In this document: one piece after another, positions 1-13,900 of the stretch
How positions within the stretch are numbered: position 1 is the stretch's first letter
Layout of the letters: each line of letters opens with the position of its first letter
DNA from: Antedon mediterranea
Taxonomy: Eukaryota; Animalia; Echinodermata
DNA: 64,000 nt
Direction: 5' to 3'
Assembly (NCBI RefSeq): GCF_964355755.1
Contig: NC_092673.1
Span: forward strand, 620,001 to 684,000
Program-made: the position numbers and the translations under genes
Notes under the pieces: model-generated
Seen by the model: the letters and a program-made list of their open reading frames with translations, nothing else
Told to the model about the DNA's origin: nothing
Database searches by the model: none

Positions 1-893
1 TTTAAAATTCACTCAACTCAATCTATGATTTAGCGCTGGACCAGAGAAACATAATATAATATAATTTATAGTGACAATTTTGGAGGACATATTTATTTTT
101 TTGTTATTCATGGACTTTACCACGGATATAATCTGGTGTAAACAAATTTATGTTTAATAAGCTAACCGGCCTTGTTCTTTTTAATACTAAGAATGTAGTC
201 TTTACAGTGCGCCTCAGGAGTTCTAAGCAGACCAGAGCTCAAAACTTGAGAACCCCTTGCAAGGTGCATTAAAAGAAAAGGAAAGGAGCAAAGCATTGTG
301 GGTGATATAAATCTTCTACAGCCTCATTGGCCAGACAACTCTGGTACAAAAATGTTCTATATCTATCATTTTGAGCAGGTGATGTTGTGGTTAAACACAG
401 ACAGAGAGTTTAGCTCTTTTCTAGTTTTTTAGAAGGTGTGTATGAGTTACTTAGGCTTGGGTCTGTCAACAGAGTTCCTTTCTGCTTAAGTAAGAAAACA
501 AATTCACATGCCTCTTCAAATTTTAAGACCTACTCAATTAAATATTCAATTTCAATTGAAAAGAAAATCAGTTCTTTTTTCAGCATAAAAATTAGAACGA
601 GGCTTGTGAATATTTTTCATACTTAACACTTTCTATTGGAGCTGAATGACCTCTTTGTATCCAGAAAATAAGTTTGTTTTCTTCATGGATCTCTTAGTAG
701 TGAGTAATACCAGGAATGACGTGCAATAGTAGGTTGGAATTATTCCATACGATTGGGTGGTTTTGGATGAGATGTATGAGTGTTTACTTTACTTATGAGT
801 GTTATTTAGTATGTATATGTAGCAACAGGTTTTTCAAACACCTTCTAATTAAAAAACTTAATATAAAATAGATAGACTATCCCTGGATCTTAA

Positions 894-1736
894 CACTTTG
901 ACTGCCAAACACGAAATAACATACACCGCGCATCACAGTAGCGCGTACAGCGATGGTTTGGCGCATTGTGTATCGGTCGCGCGCTAGCTATGCCGCCGAA
1001 GCATTACAAAGGTTTATGTGGATTGGCATGTTTGTTTGTTATCTGAATAAAAAATAATGGATGAATTTTCAATAAGAAGTCATTAATTTTATTATTGTAT
1101 GTATACCCTAATTGTTTTGGTGTTTCACTGTAAGTGGCCGAGTTTCACGCAACAAACTTGATTAGAAATGGTATGAATATTATCATCACTTTACTAGCTA
1201 GGCTAGGCTAGTAGTACTAGGCTATAGCCTAGGCCTAGTCATAAAACGGTTCCGGACCAACTTTAGGCCTAGTTAACTAGGCCTGGTGTCTTTACTATGT
1301 GGATTTTGGCGAAACATTGATGTAAGATTTATGATTTATAAAATGTAATACATTTTTCGATAGTGATAACTTGTTTTTATAGGCCTACCGGTGCCGTGTA
1401 AGTAACTTGTTCGTTGTTTGTTGATCTCACCGGGCGATATTTTCATATTGTGATGTCTTGCACAAAATCGCGAATATCTCTACTTTCTTGCGCGAAACTA
1501 CGAAAAACTCACAAAGTGCGTTACTTTCATTTTACTATTACGATTTACATTTTGCGATTTGAAAATCGTTCTTGGTACCATTGTAAAGCTAAAGTCTTTA
1601 TGATTATTTTAGTCTAAATTACATGTAAATCAGATCACATACATAGTTTCAATCAGCTTTAATAAAAACATCGAATTGGGCTATAAACGCTGGCGGTGGC
1701 AGTTTCTAACTGGAAAAACCTCTGGCAGTCAAAGTG
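894..1736. mobile_element. Non-autonomous piggyBac-type element (MITE) in a TCERG1 intron
   Basis: 14-bp terminal inverted repeats CACTTTGACTGCCA / TGGCAGTCAAAGTG, each flanked by TTAA (890-893, 1737-1740). No transposase ORF. Confidence 0.85.
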
Positions 1737-2009
1737 TTAATGGTTTATATAAAACCTATAATAAAAACGTAATGAACTCCTTGGTACCAAACTAAATCAA
1801 AGCATAAGGTTAGGTAATAATGTGTGTGAAGTACCTTTAGGTAAGTATCATACTTTATATTTCTTCAAGACAAACACCCCTGCACATAAATGGAACAGCC
1901 TTTCAACATTTTATTTTTAGTTTAAGATCACTAGTTAATGTAGCTGTTGAAAATAGAAACATATCTGCACTATTATTTACTCTCTTTTTTTCCCCCATTT
2001 TCTTTCCAG

Positions 2010-4772
2010 CTAAAAGCTGATTTTGTTGCGCTTCTTGAGGAGCAAGATGACATCACAAACAAGTCACGCTGGAGCAAGATTAAAGAGTATTTGAACTCTG
2101 ACCCCCGTTATAAGGCAGTTGACAGCAGTTCACAACGGGAGGTCTGGTTTAAACAGTATCAAGAAACAATGGATAAGGTAAACTATTTTCGGTAGTCTAT
2201 TATTTTTCTGTTCAAAATGACAATTTGAATTATTATCACAATAAGTGTAAAATAAATACATTTAAAGGGAAGACAACTAATTAAACACACAAATTAGCAC
2301 AAAATAACATTGAGAGCTGTCAACCAATTTAAAAATTTGCATATTAAAATAATTTTTTCAATCTAATTTTTAATAATAGTAGCATGAAATTGTTTTAAAA
2401 CCGTTACTTTCCCAATTTCATTGTAATAAATTAATTGGAAGAAATATTTTTACTTGGTAAAACCTAATAACATCCTATTACTATTGTATTATATTAAACC
2501 TACTATTATAATACAACTCTATTATTTATTTTAATTAAGTTGATTATGGAGATTAAAACCTCTAGAGACATTTCCAATCACTGTCACCTGTGGCTGATTA
2601 ATAATCGATAGTCTCAATGTTGTAAATTTGTTTATAGGTCACTTTAAATTATTGATTAAATAATTACAGAACTGCCACAAGCTTCATGCTTCATCAATTT
2701 CTATCAGTTATGAATCTAATCTAACAAATTATAATATTGACCAAAGAGGATGCATACAGTTTAGTAGTATAGCTGTCAAGATTGCAGTACATTAATGAAC
2801 ACATTGTCTTAAAAATGTTTCACTTTTTACAGCAAGCAAACAAAGCGCATGAGAAGCAAAAGCGTGCAGAGGCTAGCATCCGCCAACGTGAAAAGGAAGT
2901 ACAGATGGCTCGCAGTGAACAACTGAAGGAGCTTGATCGAGAAAGGGACCAGTACAAGAAAGATGAGGCTATACAACATTTTAAAGCTCTACTGGCAGAT
3001 CTGGTAAGTGTGTAAACCTCTGTCTATACTATCAAACTAGTATTATTATAATATTATAACTTTTTTCCATATAACAGTGTAACCAAGATCAAGAATTTGC
3101 ATAAATAGATGTTACATTTTTCAGGTGCGTGATGCAGATGCTTCTTGGCGTGAGACCAGAAAGCAGCTAAAGAAAGATCACCGATATGAGTTGGCACGAT
3201 TACTGGAAAGAGATGAGAAAGAGAAGTTGTTCAACGAGCATGTTAACAGTTTACTACAGAGAAGACGTGACAAGTTCCGTCGTCTACTTGATGAAACATC
3301 AGGGGTATGTCACCAATTAGGTCATTCAGGTCAATGGAGTTGCATGAAATGACAGTGGTGAAATAATATATATAATGCGACATTTATATAGCATTATTTT
3401 GTGAAGATCAGAGCGTTGTGGACTTAGATGTTATACCTTTTCAACAACATTCTTCTCTCTTAAGAGTACCGTCATTTCATCGGCAGCCAACTACAGCACC
3501 ATTATGTATGTCCTCAAGAGTGACTCAGTATCAACATTGTAAAAGTGATAGTGCTGATAAAAATGTCAAAATTGATAGCTGTAAAGTGATAGTGGTGGTA
3601 AATTGCCAATAGCCGTGGTGATGGTTGTAGAATTTATGAAGATGACAATGGCTACAAGAATTAAAAGCTTTAAAAAGTTTTTTATGTATTTTCTTTTTAT
3701 ATTTTATTTATAGGTTACATTAACTTCATCCTGGAAAGAAGTGAAACGAAAAATCAAAGAAGATAAGCGCTATACAAAGTTTTATGTTAGTGATCGGGTA
3801 AGTTAAACATCATTTTGGTATTCACGGCATTCTGAACAATACTGTCTTTTGTATAATACAAAATTTACTCCATTATTGATAGGTAAAAAATAATTTGATG
3901 TTTTGTACGCATTTTAGCATTTGGCTGCCATGTATGATTTTAATTGTTGAATGAATCAATGAATAAAAAAGCCTTGAATACATATACTGGATATTAAAAT
4001 AATGGGAACAGATGGCACAATAAGGGCTATTTGAGCTTCTAGTCAATGCTACTTGTTTGATAGTAATTATGCTAGTTTGCAATTCAAGACCCATCTGTAC
4101 ACTACACATGTACACTGTATGCAAGTCCTTATATGTATTACTAAAAGGTTTTACAAAATTAATATGTTTTGTATTTAGATGAAAGAACATGAGTTCTATG
4201 ATTATCTAAAGGAGAGATATAACACAGCTAAGGCAGATTTTAAAGTTTTAATGAAGGAAACAAAATCAATCACACACAAGTAAGTTGAGAATAATCAAGT
4301 ACTTAGTACATTTTAGATGCACCAGAATAGCGGTGCTTACTGTGGCCTCTTTCCCACATGAGTTCTGTATTGTTAAAGAATAAGATCTAGCAACCAAATG
4401 CTCCTGAACATTCCAAGGAGAAAATTTACTGAGAGACTCTAGACACCCATCAGAGTCAAGTCACTACTCAAACCTCATTCTCACTGCTATGAGTGACGAT
4501 CATTGGAATTGATTGAATTTAGATATATATATTAAAGGTGGTATTCTGGTTATCCACTTTTTTTCAGATCTAAAAAGTTACTGGAAGAATCAGACCAACA
4601 CCTGTATGATATTGAAAAGGTTCTATCAAAGGACAAGCGCTACACATGCTTAGAATGTATCGAGGATGAACGCAAGGATATCTTGATTGATTATATCAAC
4701 GAATTGTATCGGAAAGGGCCACCCCCTCCCCCAACGGCATCAGAACCTACCCGTAAACCTGTCATGAAGTAA
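2010..4772 (+). CDS. TCERG1: Transcription elongation regulator 1 (CA150), 3' exons encoding FF domains; 5' part lies upstream of the window
   Basis: GT-AG exons 2010-2177, 2833-3003, 3125-3304, 3714-3797, 4179-4279 and 4568-4772 splice in frame. They give FF repeats (SRWSKIKEYLNSDPRYKAVDSSSQRE; ASWRETRKQLKKDHRY) and the TCERG1-type C-terminus KGPPPPPTASEPTRK. Confidence 0.95.
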
Positions 4773-4924
4773 CAGATTTTGATGACATCATTAAGGGCCA
4801 TCCCCTCCCCCAACAGCATCAGAACCTATCCGTAAAGCTGTCGCCTGTAAGTTTCATAGCCAAAATTTTAAACTCAATCTCTTTCAACTTTTTAAAGTCA
4901 TGGCTCTATTCAGCTTTGTTGCCA

Positions 4925-5052
4925 CTTGGACGCAACGCAAGGACGTAAGCGCACTGCAAATAATTTGACCAATCATGATACAATGGATCATCCAAACTGT
5001 TACTTGTGATTGGTCAACTCACTTGCATTGTGCCTGTGTCGTTGCGTCCAAG
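4925..5052. mobile_element. Short palindromic MITE-like element in the TCERG1 3' region
   Basis: Outer inverted repeat CTTGGACGCAACG...CGTTGCGTCCAAG and inner TGACCAATCA...TGATTGGTCA. A related fragment lies at ~10348-10435. Confidence 0.65.
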
Positions 5053-5943
5053 AGAGAATAATGCTTTTGGACATCATTTTTTACGGATTCAATGTCAATT
5101 GCATCAGGTCCGATGTTATACCCCATGATTTTTTTTTAAATAACCTTTCTGGTTGGAGCTAACGGGTTAGTAATTTTTTTAATTTTTTATGTCAATTAGT
5201 GAATGGGGGTAATTTATCAGTAATTAAATAATGCTAATATAAGAATGTGTGTATTTTGATGAAAATTATTTTAGAAATGTAAAATTTGTTTCATAATATA
5301 GGTGTAATCTTTTGTTAAATTCTATCTGAAAATCAATGTATTGTGGCCTGATGTTTTTCAATTACATTTTCTTACCTGCACATTATTTTTTTGATTTACT
5401 GTATTCTAGACACAAACAATATGCTTTTATTGAGCTGCCTTCCTAAATGATACTGAATGTTTTTTTAATTATTATAAATGTAACTATGCTTTGTTTTTAA
5501 CTCGGTATTAAACAAGATCCCATGAATTCACGTAGTTATTATTATCTCTGGTAAATATTCTTTAAATATAATTTGTACTTTTAATCAAATTCAGTCTTAT
5601 TTTTTGTATTGCAAAAATAAATTTGTCTTTTATCAAATCATTGACATAGTAACGTAGTGGTTTAATGTTGGCGCTTGTTTGTTTGTTAACATGCTTACAT
5701 ACCAATTCTGGTGTCTGAAGTTCAAATCCTGCCTCTTGCTTAAATACCAGGATTTTAGTGCTATTACTTAAGCTGCATAACAAGACTTTGATCCTGTAAC
5801 TGTTGGTGATTATTAAAGGTGGGTTATATAATAATAATAATGACTCGTAAAAAGTATTATGTTATATGGATACTTTAATGATAATATACGATAGTTGATT
5901 ATAAACAATATATTGCACTTCTGAATTATAAATGTATGTCAAT

Positions 5944-8900
5944 CTACACTTTGGCAGTTTCTGTGAAGAACTTGTGACCTGTGGCACTATCTTTTACATG
6001 TTCATATTTTGCATCATTTCCAAGTCGTTGCGCAGGACAGCTTAAGGGGCGCTTTCCTTGATACGTCGTATTGTAAGTTGTCTTCATGGATATCATACCG
6101 CTAGATGTGTGAGGACGTAGTTCTGGTCGACAACTCTTTGCCGGTGGAGCTGGTTTTCCAAGGAAGTGGGATTGGAAGATGGATTTTCCTATCAGTGGAG
6201 TAGTTGGTGCTTTGTATTCCTGAACAACCTGCAAAAAAGTGAAGAAAACATTAAACTGCTACTGGTTTCCTTCCAGTTCCAAGGTCCTGTGTTCAAATCC
6301 TGCTTGGGTGTTACTTGTGACGATCCTGTCTGCACCTTACGAGATTTAGTTTATATAAAATATCTTGGTTATCAATAACTTATTGTGAAAGTCATATAAT
6401 TCTTTGAATATTCTTGGCAATATTATTAAACGTGTAACATAAAGCTCAGTCTACACTATCAAACTGTGATGTGCGCATATATGGACATGATGATGTCATA
6501 TCACTACCATATTTAAGAATATCACTACCATATTTGGGCACATACAATTTTTTTGTCACATAGTTATGATAGTGTAGACAGAGATTAAGAATAATGTTAC
6601 GACTGAAGCAGCAGCAGTTACTAGTACTATACCTTGTAAGAGGCCGCAGGTTTCACGTTATCCCATGTCACATAAGCCGACTTGTACTGAGTGCTTTCTT
6701 CAAATGGTTCGCCAGCAGCTCCTAGGTTGTTTTCGTACTTGCAAGGTTCTCCACGGCAATCACTCAACTTAATTAGCATTCCTGGGTCTCTGTAGTCATC
6801 TTGGTATGACGACACGCTCATAAACTTGCTCTTCACATATGGAGCGCGTTTGTTTTTTTCTGCCCATGGAATATATGCCTTTGGCTGCACCTCCCAAGCT
6901 TTATATGCAATTCGCTGTGTTGTTCTGCCGTCAAATTTTGTGTCTGAAATGAAATAATACATTATAAAGAAATTAATAATTTTTAAATTGGACCCGTTTT
7001 TCCGATATTATAAACTTTTCCCAAATACGAACCTCGGCCCCCGTAAGGGTCTGGTTTATGACATACCGTTTTCAACATATTCCGCCCTAGGTTTATAGCT
7101 CTGTTGCCTCTTATGGTTTGTGTGCTCGGGAAAGTCTCGTCGAAATGTAGTCTGTCCATCGAAAGTGGACGATTTACTGCCCTTCTGCAACTGCTCTTGT
7201 GGTTTCACCATCAATACTGGTTCGACAGTTTTCGGAGTGAATTCGGCTTGTTGACTGGTCTTGGCTGTGAAGGGTTCTTTTGAAGCCACTACCTTTTCGG
7301 CTGGTCGCATTGATTTAGCCGGAGTTACATTTTCGTGATGTTTGAAATCATCCTACCAAACCAAACAATTAGTTATAATTATAATAACGTTTTATTATCT
7401 TATTTCGTTATTCTTTATACTGGGGAGCCTGTTCAATAGTAAACTACTGTTCTCTAACAGTGTCCAGTTAAAAACATCCTTTATTGCTAAGTTAACATAG
7501 AATGTATGATGGAAAACATTAAGGTACATTTTAGGTTGAGGTAAATTGCTATTATCAAATAAATCCAAAATATAGGACATAAAATGGACATTATAATTGT
7601 CGAATTATATAAAGTTTGTGCTGGACTTTTTTTTTTTTTTTCCAACCAAAATGCATTTGTGTACATTATTGTATATTCTTACCTGTACAGTTGTTTTTGC
7701 CGTGAACTTTTCACCAGACCCCGTCGTTTTAAGGTTCTCTTCGGGTTTGTGAGGAACCCTTTTACAATGCTCAAGCTCCTCCTGATCAAATGGTGTATAC
7801 GTAGCTTGCGTAACTGACGTATGTTCAAACGGCTTCCGGAACGTAACTTTTTTGTCTTTCGGTTTATAAGATTGGGCAGGTAGGGCTTTCTTCTCCGTGA
7901 ATTCTATATCGTAAGTGGACGCTACGGATAGTTTAGTGGCCGGTGGTTGATATTTGACCGGTGGTTTCTTAACACGTGATTGAGCCTATAAAAAATGATA
8001 ACGCTTATTTATTTAGTTGTTCAAATAATTTATCGATTCAATTGATCGAATTTATTGATTATACTGTAGGTCTAAATGTGTTAACGAATTTGATGTAAAT
8101 TAATTGCGTTGCTCCTAATTGGATTACTGTGGTGCATACGTATTGAACGAGATAAATGCAATTTTGAACTATAAAGTTTTTTAAAACACAAAGAATTCTA
8201 TAATTGTTGGTTATCGTGTTTACCTGATGTGGCACGTACGTCTTCTGGTAAGTGGTCGTAAGCTCTACATCAACAAATGGCACGGTTGTACTTCTATTAC
8301 TAGTCTTGCGCATACTCTCTCGAGGAGGTTGCCATGGCAAACTTGAGTACGCCTACAAAATGAAGGACAATAAAGCTTTCGATTGTACATTGATATATTT
8401 TTTTATTCATTATTATTATTTATTTATTCGTCTTTAGACTGAATAACACTTTCAGTGCTAAAGCATTTCCAAAGTGGTTCAATTGAGAACATTAACAATA
8501 TTATAAAAGTAATTCAAAGACAACTAATACAGTAATATACATTAGTACACACACACATTTAGAATAAGGTAACTATCTAATACATCATCTATCTATTATT
8601 GTATTCATTCATTTATTCCATCAATCAATAATTCACCCATCTTTTCATTCTTTCGTCCATTCATTGATCATTCATATCACCTCATCATCGTAATCATTAA
8701 TAAATTATAATTTCAGCATGGTCGTCGATTATGTTTCATTGTTAATATCATTATTAAAATTGTTGAACTGCTGTACTATATAAAAATGGTGTCCACAAAT
8801 TACAGATAAAAAAATACAACTTTTATTCGAAAAAATAAAACGCCAACCTTTTGGTACTCCGACAAACTACACATGCCTTTCACCATTGGTTGTTGGTTGA

Positions 8901-9692
8901 AAACTTTGTTTGGCCTCTTTTCATGAGGACAACGATGACGCCTGCAAGAACATTTTATAATTAAGATACTATGACATTAGACAGACTTACAACATTAATA
9001 ATGTGTGTAATATAAAAAAAAACAAATCAAAAGGTTTAAATATGTCTTTATTATGTTTTATTGTATCTGTGGATAGTAGGCCTACTATAACAATTGACCT
9101 ATACTAGGTCCATGCTATATAACAATCAATAATATTAATAACAATAATATATAACAATGATCTCAGTTTAGAAATATTAAAAGGAAATGAGATAATAAAC
9201 TCCAACCTTAGAAAGTAAATGACTATTAATTGTGATAGGTTAGACCATGGAGCAAATATATGGCTAGACCTCATTGTCTCTTCATAAACTTTATTTGTTC
9301 TTTACTACAAGTTAACTTTAGGGACTTTGGCAGCTGGTTATTTTTCGTTGGTTTAATAATCACACACATAGCCTAACTAACCTTTCATCAATGGATATTT
9401 ATGATGGCACAGGCTATATTTATGTTATTGAACTGTCGTATGAACACACTTGTTAATTAATAATTAATAACCGCCCGTTATTATTGCTGATATAGGCTAC
9501 GTAACTCTGCTTGGGTCTTGCTTTCCACCTGAACTTAAGTTAGTGTTTATGTACACTGCTTAATATTACGAAACATATAATGTTGGCACAAAAGTATCAA
9601 TCCGTTTGTACTAACTAACCAACTAACTGGCAGCTAGCTAGGCCTAGTAAAGGTACTTACCCACAGTTGCAAATTTGGCAAATACAGTTCAT
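5944..9692 (-). CDS. SAXO1: Stabilizer of axonemal microtubules (SAXO1/SAXO2, FAM154 family), 7 coding exons
   Basis: Exons 9692-9661, 8941-8848, 8352-8224, 7985-7683, 7352-7067, 6943-6633 and 6228-5944 splice in frame. The N-terminus MNCICQICNCGRHRCPH and repeated Mn-like motifs (TTYQKTY, TTVQDDF, TTFRRDF, SSYQDDY) are typical of SAXO. The SAXO1 vs SAXO2 assignment is not resolvable. Confidence 0.88.
6442..6586. mobile_element. Palindromic MITE family copy (TIR ~AAGCTCTGTCTACACTATCAAAC)
   Basis: Inverted termini AGCTCAGTCTACACTATCAAAC...GATAGTGTAGACAGAGAT, with internal CATATCACTACCATATTTGG repeats. Other copies occur in the window. Confidence 0.75.
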
Positions 9693-10999
9693 CTTCTACG
9701 TATAGGGTATATTAACCAATAAATATAAATAATGTTTTTAATACTCCGTATATCCAGCGTTTTTTCAGTGACTGTTCACTGCACGGTTGTTGTAGGCGTT
9801 TGTGTGTTACATTCGTTGCTGTGGTTTCTGTAAGTTGCGTTTTGTTTCCATGGTTGAACGTGTACGCGTTTCCGATACACGTTGTGCGCTGAAGAAGCGC
9901 GGGACATGCGCCCCTGTACTGTTATTAACATAAAATATTTTAGATCGAATGAAAAAGTCATTGGTTTTTTTGTTATGTAAGGAAGAAACAAAACCAAAAT
10001 ATTTCTTACACAACAGTATCTTACTATTTGTCACAATGTGTCATAGACATACAAAAATGAAACCATATTTTAAATACTCAACATAATTTAATAACGTACA
10101 CATCAGTATATATCTATCTTGTACACTGAATAATATGCCGATTTTACAAGAAAGGTTCACAGATGTGCAAAATAATTTTTAAAACAACTCCATTAAAAAC
10201 TAATATATTTGATTTAAAAAAAGCTCTAGCATAATGTTGATAGACACTTCATTTCATAGTATTTATAGCAAAAATAAGATTTTTTCCCCTTTTTTCTTCT
10301 TTCCCCAACAAACAAAAAAACTTGTTCGTTTATTCTATAACCATCGTCCCAAGGACGTATCGCAAGGATAGGTTTGGATGATATCCGTGCTGTGATTGGT
10401 CAAATTGCATGTACGTCTTTGCATTGTGTCACATGTGCGAATCAGCTATATTCAGCAGTCATTTGAATACACAGGTGGTGTGCTTTGTTGTGTTTTATAT
10501 GTTAGTATGCTTGCAGCGTGGACACGCGTGCTACAAATGCTGTATTTTATATATTGGATTAATACTTGTATTGTGTTAGTTTGAACTTACTACTGGATTT
10601 TGAACGAACAAGCAACAAAATAAAAAGTAAGTTTTGACCCTTATGTATAACTCATTTCAACAAATAATACAACACAATGAATACAATAATGATAAAGACA
10701 ACAGGCATATATGACTGCAAATAAATAAACCTGGAATGAAGCAGTGGCGGATCCAAGAAATAAAGGAGAGGGTGGTGGGGTGAGGGCGATATTTGTCTAT
10801 ACAATGTAAGGAGGGATGACCAGATGGGTAAATCCGCCTATGTGACTTGGGAAAACCCCTCTTTGTTCAGAAATGGGTATTTCCAATTTCTGTATAGTTT
10901 AGTTTGATAATATATTTGTGGTTTATTGGTACGTTAGTTAGCCAGAGCTTGCAAGAATGTGTGTAGCCATGCTGCATCATCATTTTTTTTTCTCTTCTT

Positions 11000-13900
11000 C
11001 TAACACGATTTCTTGGTAGTGTATGGTATCATGCCACCCCATGTCTTCCCAACATTAATGGACACTGGAATTGGAACCTGTAACAAATAATGAATAATAA
11101 TGTAAATAATAAACAAATAAAGAATTATGTACTTAATGCATGTCTGTTAATAGCCTGACTTTTCCAAAATGAGATTCATCTTACTGTAAGATGTGTGAAG
11201 GAACCACACAAACTAGGAGTAGATTCCATTACAGATTTTAACATTTCTGAAATAAAGCACATTGAATCCACATTTAGTATTTACATTCTTAAATAATTCT
11301 AAATAAACTCAATAAATGTTTATATGCACCAACTACTGTTAGGCAATCTAATAACAGGACACTGAGCTCGCCTTGCCAAGATAGGAACTCGTAACAGTCC
11401 TTTGATCTTATGTCTGGCTGCAATAAATACCAGCAGTACTATGTACTGGTGTCTGTTAAAAGGGCTTGGAACTGATAGTGTCGCAGCCACAGACAAACTC
11501 TTTGATCACCCTGTCCTGTTGTTAAATTGCCTTGGTTACATAGTACCTGTAACACTGCTAACATCTTTATCAGAACTCTCAAGCAGTAATTCATCGTGTA
11601 TTTGTAATAGTAAGTGTGCATCTAAGTCTGCTCTTGAGTTCAGTTTGTTTACAACTTGAATCATAGCACTTTTGCACAGATCAGCTGCTGAACCTGCAGT
11701 CAACATTTAAAAAGTTTGTTTTCTGTTTACACTAAAATAAATGGATTCATAATAATAAATAGATAGACTAAAGCTCTGTCTGCATTATCAAACTAGTTTT
11801 GACAAAAAAATGTGTGGTAGTGGTATGCCCAAATATGGTAGTGGTATGCCCAAATATGGTAGTGGTATGCCCAAATATGGTAGTGATATGACATCATCAT
11901 GTCCATATATGGGCACATCACATTTTTTTGTCAAGTAAAGTTTGATAGTGAGGACTAGGCTTAAGTCTCTACATTATTAAATTTGATGACAAAAATATGT
12001 GATGTGACGTCATATCACTACCATATTTGGACACATCACACTTTTTTTGCCACACTAGTTTGATAATGCAGACAGAGCTTTAGTCTATCTATTATGTATT
12101 TCAAATCTGTCTTATTAGATTAATTAATAATAAGTGTACAATTCTATATCTATAAACTTACTCATTCAATTATTTATATATTTATCATTTTAATTAATTG
12201 AAGTAAAAATGGAATAATTATTGGTTATCGATAAAAATAGATTTCTCTACTACACAAATTTTGGGTGACCAGCACTGCAACTGACTATTGTAATATAACA
12301 GATATAAAAAGACCTTGAATGACAAAGTTGACGGCTTGTCTTTCGGCAAATGATCTTTCTTGAAAATTGGATGATTTGATGTTTGGAAGCAATCTACGTC
12401 GATGAAATATTGTCTCCACAAAGCCTTGTTTTCGACACCTTTCAATACAGTCTGATGTAAACTGCTTTACAAGACAGAACTTAGCTGACAACAGATTTAA
12501 ACAAAAAATATACTTTGAAATATAGGCATATTAGTGACATGAAATATAAATACTGTATACCACAACAAAAGTAACTTAACCCCAATACAGAATGTAACTT
12601 GCTATTTAGTCCTAACCTAGAAAACTTGAGCGGAGTTCTTTAGCCTTTTTTGTTGATACAGACAATGTTTCTGAAAGTCTCTCAGTACCTGTTGTTAGCA
12701 AGAAATAATAACATAACTTTAATGTATATAAATAAAAAAAAAGTCAAATAAGTACTAGAAATTAAAATGTGTCCACGTCAATCTAAATCTTAAAATTTAC
12801 TCATTTATTTCTTGCACGTATGATGTCATTGAATCCAATGTAATTCAATTTAGCTATCATGTCTTATTATATACTTTGAATAATTATTAAGATACCACTC
12901 ACCAGCTCCATAGATGAGAGAATAGACAATTCGCTTTGTACGATCACGGTCTGTGGCACTTACAACCTTCTTTTGGACACCCAGCCTAAGATATAAAAAT
13001 CATTATATAAAACATCTACTTTCCTCCTAAATTTACAATTATATAAAAAATGTTACTAAAGCTCTGTCTACACTATCAAACAAGTTTGACAAAAAAGTGT
13101 GATGTGCCTAAATATGGTAGGGATATACCCAAATATGGAAGTGATATGACATCATCATGTCCATACAGTATATAGGTACATCACATTTTTTTTTTCACAT
13201 AAAGTTTGTTACTGTAGACTAGACACTTTAGTGTTATTGAAAGCTAAAAAATGCTTACCAATGTTTTGTCAACTCAACAAATATATCGTCAACACCAGGA
13301 TTATTAAACACCGCACAAAGTGCAGCATCCTGGGATAAATGAGCTAGTAAACGCAATTCAATTGATTGAAAATCTGAAGGAAAAAAGAATCTTTCTAGAT
13401 GTGTTGAAAATCCTGTAAAAATAAGACCCTATTAGAGACACCTTAATATGGGTGTCCCTTAAATGTGGGTGTTCCTTTAATTTGGGTGTCCCTTTAATAT
13501 GGGTGTCCCTTTAAGATGGGTGTCCCTTTAATTTGGGTGTTCCTTTAATATGGGTGTTCCTTTAATATGGGTGTTCCTTTAATATGGGTGTCCCTTTAAT
13601 ATGGGTGTCCCTTTAATATGGGTGTTCCTTTAATATGGGTGTCCCTTTAATATGGGTGTCCCTTTAATAGAGGTGTCCCTTTAATAGAGGTGTCCCTTTA
13701 ATTTGGGTGTTCCTTTAATTTGGGTGTTCCTTTAATTTGGGTGTTCCTTTAAGATGAGTGTTCCTTTAAGATGAGTGTTCCTTTAATTTGGGTGTTCCTT
13801 TAATTTGGGTGTTCCTTTAAGATGAGTGTTCCTTTAAGATGAGTGTTCCTTTAAGATGAGTGTTCCTTTAATTTGGGTGTTCCTTTAATTTGGGTGTCCC

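Noticed and set aside
208-300. Possible extra or poison exon of TCERG1 (TTTACAG...GT)
   Set aside because: The splice signals are plausible, but there is no TCERG1-like peptide and no way to support it without transcripts.
10742-10842. CAGTGGCGGATCC...AATCCGCCTATG short inverted-end element
   Set aside because: Too degenerate and no TSD seen. Possibly an old MITE.
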